64,000 nucleotides of DNA. It comes from Orbicella franksi (taxonomy: Eukaryota). The translations under genes and the position numbers were made by a program. This document shows, one piece after another, positions 58,176-64,000 of the stretch. The notes beneath the pieces are model-generated. The model had not been told where the DNA came from, did not search any database, and was given only the letters and a program-made list of their open reading frames with translations. The stretch spans positions 9,300,001-9,364,000 of the forward strand of contig OZ116700.1 of NCBI GenBank assembly GCA_964199315.1. Direction: 5' to 3'. Position 1 is the stretch's first letter, and the number at the start of each line of letters is the position of its first letter.

Positions 58176-60641
58176 TCAATTCTTGATTGGAGTAACATCA
58201 ATGAAGATGCTACTGCTTACACATGATGCTGAAATTAGAAGTTCTTGACCAGCTTCTACAGTTACTTCCTCTTTCAACATGATGACAGCTTGTCTCCAGT
58301 GCGATTCAGCGTAAGCCCCACCATGTGTTGACAGTGAGTGGTGATTGTCAAGATGTAACATAAACCAGTATGGAATAGCATGTATCCTCCCAGAATTTGT
58401 AGCTTTGACTCTTTGCTGAGAGTGAGTTTCAAGTAAGGAGAGCACCTTGTTTTCATCATCAAACTGCTCCATGAAATTCAGACTGAAAAGAGCAACATGG
58501 TCTGTGATTGCTGAGAAAGGAAGTGTTGTAAGGTCCACATCTATGTGAGTTGTTACTTGAAACTCATTGATAAACTGTGCGATGTTGAGTCCAAGTGTAT
58601 TGTCTTGGCTCACAATGCGACAGTTAGCAAACAAGAAGGGCGATTCAATACACATGCAGTACAAAGTGAATCCCATAGGAATAATCTGGAAACTCTGTGG
58701 TCTCAGTAAACATCCTCGAGCAAACACAATATCTTCAACAACTTGTTGGCGAATGATTCCCGACGGTTCCACTGTGTCACTGACAAGAATATCCCACTTC
58801 CTTCCTTCTTTGGCAATTTCTTCAAGTTTACTTGGACTACTTTCAATGACTGGTGGTAGATTGTTTCCATGCAAAATGCATTTTATCCATGCAGCATTGT
58901 GAGGATTTGTCACTAGGACATGACCAGCTTTGCCTCGAGAAGCAAAAAGAGAAGACAGAGCGGGACCGTAGGTGATGTCAATAATGTTACCGGTAGGTTT
59001 CCCGCTGGCGTTGTCATTATTAGCAGATGCATGTAGACCAGGTGTCACAGACTTCACAGCTCTACAGATAACTTCATCATAGAGGTCATTAAAGGCATTG
59101 TCATTCAGTCTTCGCATGTAAGAAGGTGGAATGATTATAACTTCACTGTTACGCTCATTGTTTTTAGTCAAAGAGCTGTTCCTTGTGGAGGCAATTTCTT
59201 TGTGTGCTAGTGTACATGTAACACTGTTACGAGATTCATTACCTGTTGTTGTTTTAATGTCACTTAAATGTAACTTCAAACATTCTTGGGAGAGTTCTCC
59301 ATGAATGGACATCAAGTCTCCCATTGAAACTTCCAGTTTACCAGACAAATTTCCAGCACTTGAGTAAACAGGGAAAATTGCCTGCTCCCAACAGAGAGAG
59401 TCATCATTGGGGCCAGTGGAAAGAGTAATTTCTTCATCCAGTCGCAAATCAAACCATGCTGATATAGCATCCACCCGACCATCACAGGTTGCAGGGATTT
59501 CAAAACTTATGTTTCTCTCCTTATTCAAGCTACTTGGATTGTTGAAATCATACTCTGTAACTTTGAAAGGGCATGACAGAGCTTTGAAACCACCTCTAAG
59601 CCTGTTCAAGCATTCTGTGTTGTACGGTTCCAACTGATCTAGAATACTTCCAGACGATGCCATTTCTGACTTTTGTGCCATTAGTTCTGCTCCTATGCTA
59701 CACTCAGGAAACATGTTCATTCCATTAATTATTGGTTTGCTCCTGGTTTGATGTCTGATGTCATAACACATAATTGCCATAGCATAAACAACTGCACCAC
59801 CTGGTATGACCTTTGAAACAGGCTTTGCATTTGAGTGGTGCAAGTCATCTGTGGAAGGCATAAGCAGGTTAGCCCAGGCATGTTCCACAGTGGCAAGAAT
59901 TCCTTCACCGAGAAGTCCACAATCTAATGTCTCGGTTACAACAAGAGAAACCTGCTGTGGAATATCGTCACCTACTTTCATCTCAGTTGATTTCTTGTGT
60001 ATGGTGTGGACTAACTTCTCCATTTTATTTGCTTTCAACACATCCAGACCCATTTCATACATGGTCTTAGACATTTCACAAGCATAGACCTCTTTTGCCC
60101 CGCTCTGAACAGCAAACATACTTAAAATTCCAGTGCCGCTTCCAATGTCTAAAACGACATCGTGCCCTTGGCTTATGGCCTTAGCAATTGCCTGCTTGTA
60201 AGCCAAGTTCCTTTTCTTGTCATTTAACATTCTAAAATGCCATCTCTCGACCAACAGATTTGCGACGTTTTCAAGATTTTCTTTCGCTCTGATACTCCCA
60301 GGATTGACTTGCAACGCACGTCTAAAACACGACGCAGCTTCGTCGGTGATTCCGGCCTTGATCAAGCTTGCACCCGTGTTTACGAGTATGTTTTCGCTTC
60401 GTGGGTAGAGCTTCAAGGCTTCCTGCAGGCAAACCATCAGTTTATCTAGCTCGCCATGACGTTCAAGTATATCGGTCCAGTGGCGCAAAGCGATGATGAA
60501 GTCTTCCTCTAACACTTCTTTTGAGGAAGGTTCCACATTGGCGAGAAACACCAAATGCGCCAACGCATCTCCATACCTTTCGCGTCTGAGGCAGTTCTTG
60601 GCAGCTTGAAAATGCTGAAAATAACGCGAGTTCGCTTCCAT
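58176..60641 (-). CDS. PRMT9: Protein arginine N-methyltransferase 9, single coding exon, 821 aa
   Basis: N-terminal TPRs (EAASCFRRALQVNPGS..AKENL), LVERWHFRMLND, motif I VLDIGSGTGILS, double-E loop VTETLDCGLLGEG, CWEQA in place of THW, and a degenerate second methyltransferase module ending HWRQA. Confidence 0.93.
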   Translation of the reverse strand: MEANSRYFQHFQAAKNCLRRERYGDALAHLVFLANVEPSSKEVLEEDFIIALRHWTDILERHGELDKLMVCLQEALKLYPRSENILVNTGASLIKAGITDEAASCFRRALQVNPGSIRAKENLENVANLLVERWHFRMLNDKKRNLAYKQAIAKAISQGHDVVLDIGSGTGILSMFAVQSGAKEVYACEMSKTMYEMGLDVLKANKMEKLVHTIHKKSTEMKVGDDIPQQVSLVVTETLDCGLLGEGILATVEHAWANLLMPSTDDLHHSNAKPVSKVIPGGAVVYAMAIMCYDIRHQTRSKPIINGMNMFPECSIGAELMAQKSEMASSGSILDQLEPYNTECLNRLRGGFKALSCPFKVTEYDFNNPSSLNKERNISFEIPATCDGRVDAISAWFDLRLDEEITLSTGPNDDSLCWEQAIFPVYSSAGNLSGKLEVSMGDLMSIHGELSQECLKLHLSDIKTTTGNESRNSVTCTLAHKEIASTRNSSLTKNNERNSEVIIIPPSYMRRLNDNAFNDLYDEVICRAVKSVTPGLHASANNDNASGKPTGNIIDITYGPALSSLFASRGKAGHVLVTNPHNAAWIKCILHGNNLPPVIESSPSKLEEIAKEGRKWDILVSDTVEPSGIIRQQVVEDIVFARGCLLRPQSFQIIPMGFTLYCMCIESPFLFANCRIVSQDNTLGLNIAQFINEFQVTTHIDVDLTTLPFSAITDHVALFSLNFMEQFDDENKVLSLLETHSQQRVKATNSGRIHAIPYWFMLHLDNHHSLSTHGGAYAESHWRQAVIMLKEEVTVEAGQELLISASCVSSSIFIDVTPIKN

Positions 60642-60936
60642 TTGAAATTTTAAAAAATATTTGGTACCATCAAGATCCTATACTTCTAAGTTATCTGGGC
60701 GAATAGCGAAGATTTCTTCCAGAGAAAATAAGAGAAAGTATAGAAGGACGTTGGAAGGAGCACATATGCCGCCATTTTTCTTTTTCTTTAGGGATGATCA
60801 GCTGCTAAACTGCGGGCTCCGTTTATGAAAGCGAGGCTAACGTGCTGCGTTGCCATGGATATTGTGTAAACTCTGAAAAAGACTCTACATTGTTTCAAAA
60901 TCGTGTAAACAGAGGAAGCATTTACACCATACGACC
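60642..60936. promoter_or_regulatory. Bidirectional promoter region between PRMT9 and the CFAP95-like gene
   Basis: Only 295 bp separate the two divergent ATGs. Contains GCCGCCATTTT (YY1-like, 60768-60778). Confidence 0.7.
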
Positions 60937-63900
60937 ATGTCGGCGTCGCATCCGAATCCACTTGCTTTTATTCCCGATTATGTGGAAAGAAAAGGATCTC
61001 TTTTCTTACGATCCGATCACATGGATTATGGCAGACCGACTCTTGTGTCGAACTGGTCAGTATAGAAACATTTCGTTCGATCTGTTTCGGTGGCTTGCCG
61101 TGGCCACTTGTCCTTATTGTGTTTTAGCCATAAACAGTACTCTTGATCCTGTCTTCGTAAAAGGCAAATAAAACCTTATACCTCATTTTCTTGATTCAGT
61201 TCAGTCAAAAAAGTTCATCTTCATGAAATCGTATTGTTTTTTGAGGCGGTATGTATTCCAGTGGAGTCAGACATAAATGCATGGGACGGTTCTTGCTCAA
61301 CATTTAAATTCAACTACACATATACATGTAACAGTTACACTCTACTACCTAGAGTACGTATGCATTACATATTGGTGATTATTTACACATCGATAGGAGC
61401 TAGCAAAGTTTATTGTGGTCAAATGAATTCAACACAAACTCAAAATAAGTACTCTAGCCACTTGCAAAGCAAGTACAGCCGTGTGCATTACTCCCTCCAG
61501 GCTTGATTTTCTATACTTAATTCATCAACTCTATTAAAGTATTCAGTTAACCAAGGAGAACTTAACAACCGGGTGAAAGAAATTTAACATTTCTTATGTC
61601 CTGTAGGCATCAAGCTAGGGAAGCTGAACCCAAAGACTATGACATCAAAGATTATCAACCTCAAAAGAGAAATCTCCATAATTCTACATACCATCGCATT
61701 GGAAATGTTACAGACGGGGTAAGTTCAAAGAACATAACTAGTTTTTAATGAAATAAATTGCTGCTCAGAATTGATATATGTCTATCCTTTGCCACCTTCT
61801 TGACACTCAGTGGCCTAATAGTAGAGCCTGTTCCAAGCTTGTCAGGTCAATGGGGAACATCAAAAAAGTAGGCAGGCAAAAGAAAAGTGAAGTGTCTGCA
61901 GTAAGTGACTTGGTAATCGAGCTTCAATAATTATTCACTCCTGGTTTGCATGTTAATGAGAAGCTAAATGTAAGTCACACTGCTGCTTGAACAGGCATCA
62001 GTTTAGGCTCACTAGTGGAGACAGCTCATATGTGGCATCCACAATCCAGCAAATACATGATGGGGAAATGTATATCAGTATACCAGCAACTAGATTCTGC
62101 AGTACACCACAAGGGTAATGGAGAGGATTCCTTTTTGGGAAAGGTGGGAGGGAATATATGAAACATAGACAGTCATACATGTACACATACATCTGCTTCA
62201 GTGGTTTGCAAACTTTGAGGTAAACCACAGTAGGATTCAAACCCCATGCAGGTCATGTGGGCACCTTGCACAAAACAAGCAACACTTCCCTAACCCATGA
62301 TTAAAAATTTTATAAATAAATTAATATTATAATTTTACTACTTTAAACATTTTAAGGATCAAAGTACATGGACATGCATGTGTGAAGCTTGTGATGAGAA
62401 AAACAATGGTGGTCAATATAATTTTTATGATAGAAATGTTCTAAGTTTTTAATATTTTTTTTTTTCTCCTCAGTCTTTACCAGATACAACCAGTCATGAT
62501 CAAATGGAACAGGCAGTGAAACTTAAAAGTGATTTTGAAACAAGGGATACTAGACGACAGATGGTAGACATGACCACTTTTAATAGCGTTAACTTTCAAA
62601 GGTAAGGTGTAAAAATTGAACCATATTCAACAATATATTATGGACATCTTAGTGGCATTTCACACACTTTTTGTGAGCTCCTGTTTCTACTGCATATTGA
62701 TCTAGTTTCACTATAGTGACTGTTTACTGCTTATTTCATGGATGTAAATTTCATGGATGTAATATAATTTGAGTAAGGGTGCTGTCCACTACCTACATGT
62801 AACCGAGGTGAAAGAAGTATGTACTCTTCTTCACTGCAGGAATATTGTTAATTGCCACCAAGTTTTCCAACTGGAACAATATAATTATTTCAAATCTGTT
62901 CAGAACTTACTTCCTGACGAGACTAAAAATCATTGAAATAATGCAGGTCTCAGAATCTTTGGGAACTCAATGAATAAAAGAAATTTTGATAGTCAGACAA
63001 GCTCTTGAGAGTCTTGGGCAATTTGCATAATATTCAAAATGAAGGTCTCAAAATTAAATTATCTCAACAAATCTACATGCAGGTATGTCTACACTCCTAA
63101 ATATAATAGCAAAAGCTGCATGCTGAATCAAATTATATGTAAATTATATTTAAAAAAATATGTGTAAAAGTACATAGGAGTACAAAAGGTATAATTTACC
63201 AATTGTGTGCATGAACTTGTCTTAACAGAGATACCGGAGCTCCAGAGAGAGGCTTTGGTAGTGTCCTCCCCAGGCATCCACCAGACCACGGAAAGAGGTG
63301 CAGTTGTACTTTAAGTTTTGCATAAATTATGTTGCTGTCTCTCCATATCCAGCAAATTAACTTATCATTTAGGCAGTTATACCCAGGACTCATGCAGTTC
63401 TAGCTGTCTGCTTTAGGTGTTTAGTTAAAGCGAAATTCAGTCAGGATCAGTGAGACAGCCATGCCCGGGTGCTAAGGGAGATGTCTGCCTTATGTGAATA
63501 CATACATGTAGCTTTCTGCTTTTATTTGGTTGTTATCATTGAAAGGTTTTTGTTTCTCGAATAAACTAAGACAATCAAATAAAATGATCACCTTAAAACA
63601 AGATTATTTAACCAATCAGATATAAGTCGGTAACTAATTTATCAACTTATAAATTTAAATCCAAATATGAAGGATAAGTAATTTTATATGACGTGATAAC
63701 TGATCTGGAATTCCCCCTCCAAATTATCCCTCAGGATCTCTCGGCTGAGAGGAACCACTCACATAGGTTTTAGACCCCTTAGCATTGAATGGCTTCATTC
63801 ACTAAATATTAATAGTTAATATGTGTCTGGGATCTGTAGGCAGCAATATTTAAGAGAGCTTTTCTATTTATGAACTTAAGTAACTGGTTATAAATTTTAA

Positions 63901-63978
63901 GTATAATTACCTTGCAGGTATCTTGACACAACTTACAGAGTGGACTATGATTCCCCATATCCATATGAACAACAGAAG
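60937..63978 (+). CDS. CFAP95: CFAP95/C9orf135-like ciliary microtubule inner protein, 5' partial. Exons 60937-61055, 61607-61718, 62474-62601, 63229-63297, 63918-63978; continues beyond the window
   Basis: Five GT-AG exons too short for the ORF track splice in frame to [89 protein letters not shown]. This resembles human C9orf135 (VERKGSLTLRS..WHRDREAFPKGYDI..GFGAVFPRHPPD) as recalled from memory. Confidence 0.8.
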
Positions 63979-64000
63979 GTAAACAAATGAATGAATTCCT

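Noticed and set aside
58176-60641. PRMT7 as an alternative identity
   Set aside because: The N-terminal TPRs, the CWEQA loop and the ~820-aa length fit PRMT9.

Overview
Eukaryotic animal DNA, AT-rich with GT-AG introns; gene content and repeat families suggest an anthozoan cnidarian, probably a stony coral (inference). Genes, left to right: (1) a 6-exon, ~2346-aa type II membrane protein on + (TM, coiled coil, collagen, 7 Ig, 15 six-Cys SRCR domains, all SRCRs in one 4.5-kb exon), i.e. class A scavenger receptor-like; (2) two intronless ~180-aa orphan ORFs sharing a gapless 39-aa C-terminal domain; (3) two tandem 10-exon alanine-glyoxylate aminotransferase (AGXT) paralogs on -, one with a PTS1-like C-terminus and no presequence, the other with a mitochondrial presequence and a frameshifted PTS1 relic in its 3' UTR; (4) an intronless PRMT9 on -, head-to-head with (5) the first five exons of a CFAP95/C9orf135-like gene on +. 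Introns and intergenic DNA hold many transposon relics: a decayed Crypton-type tyrosine recombinase element, a three-level nested insertion, MITEs with TA, TTA, TTAA, 8-bp and 9-bp target duplications, hairpin elements and a tRNA-headed SINE. One 146-N gap. Exon coordinates were derived by hand from splice sites and reading-frame continuity; no database searches were run.
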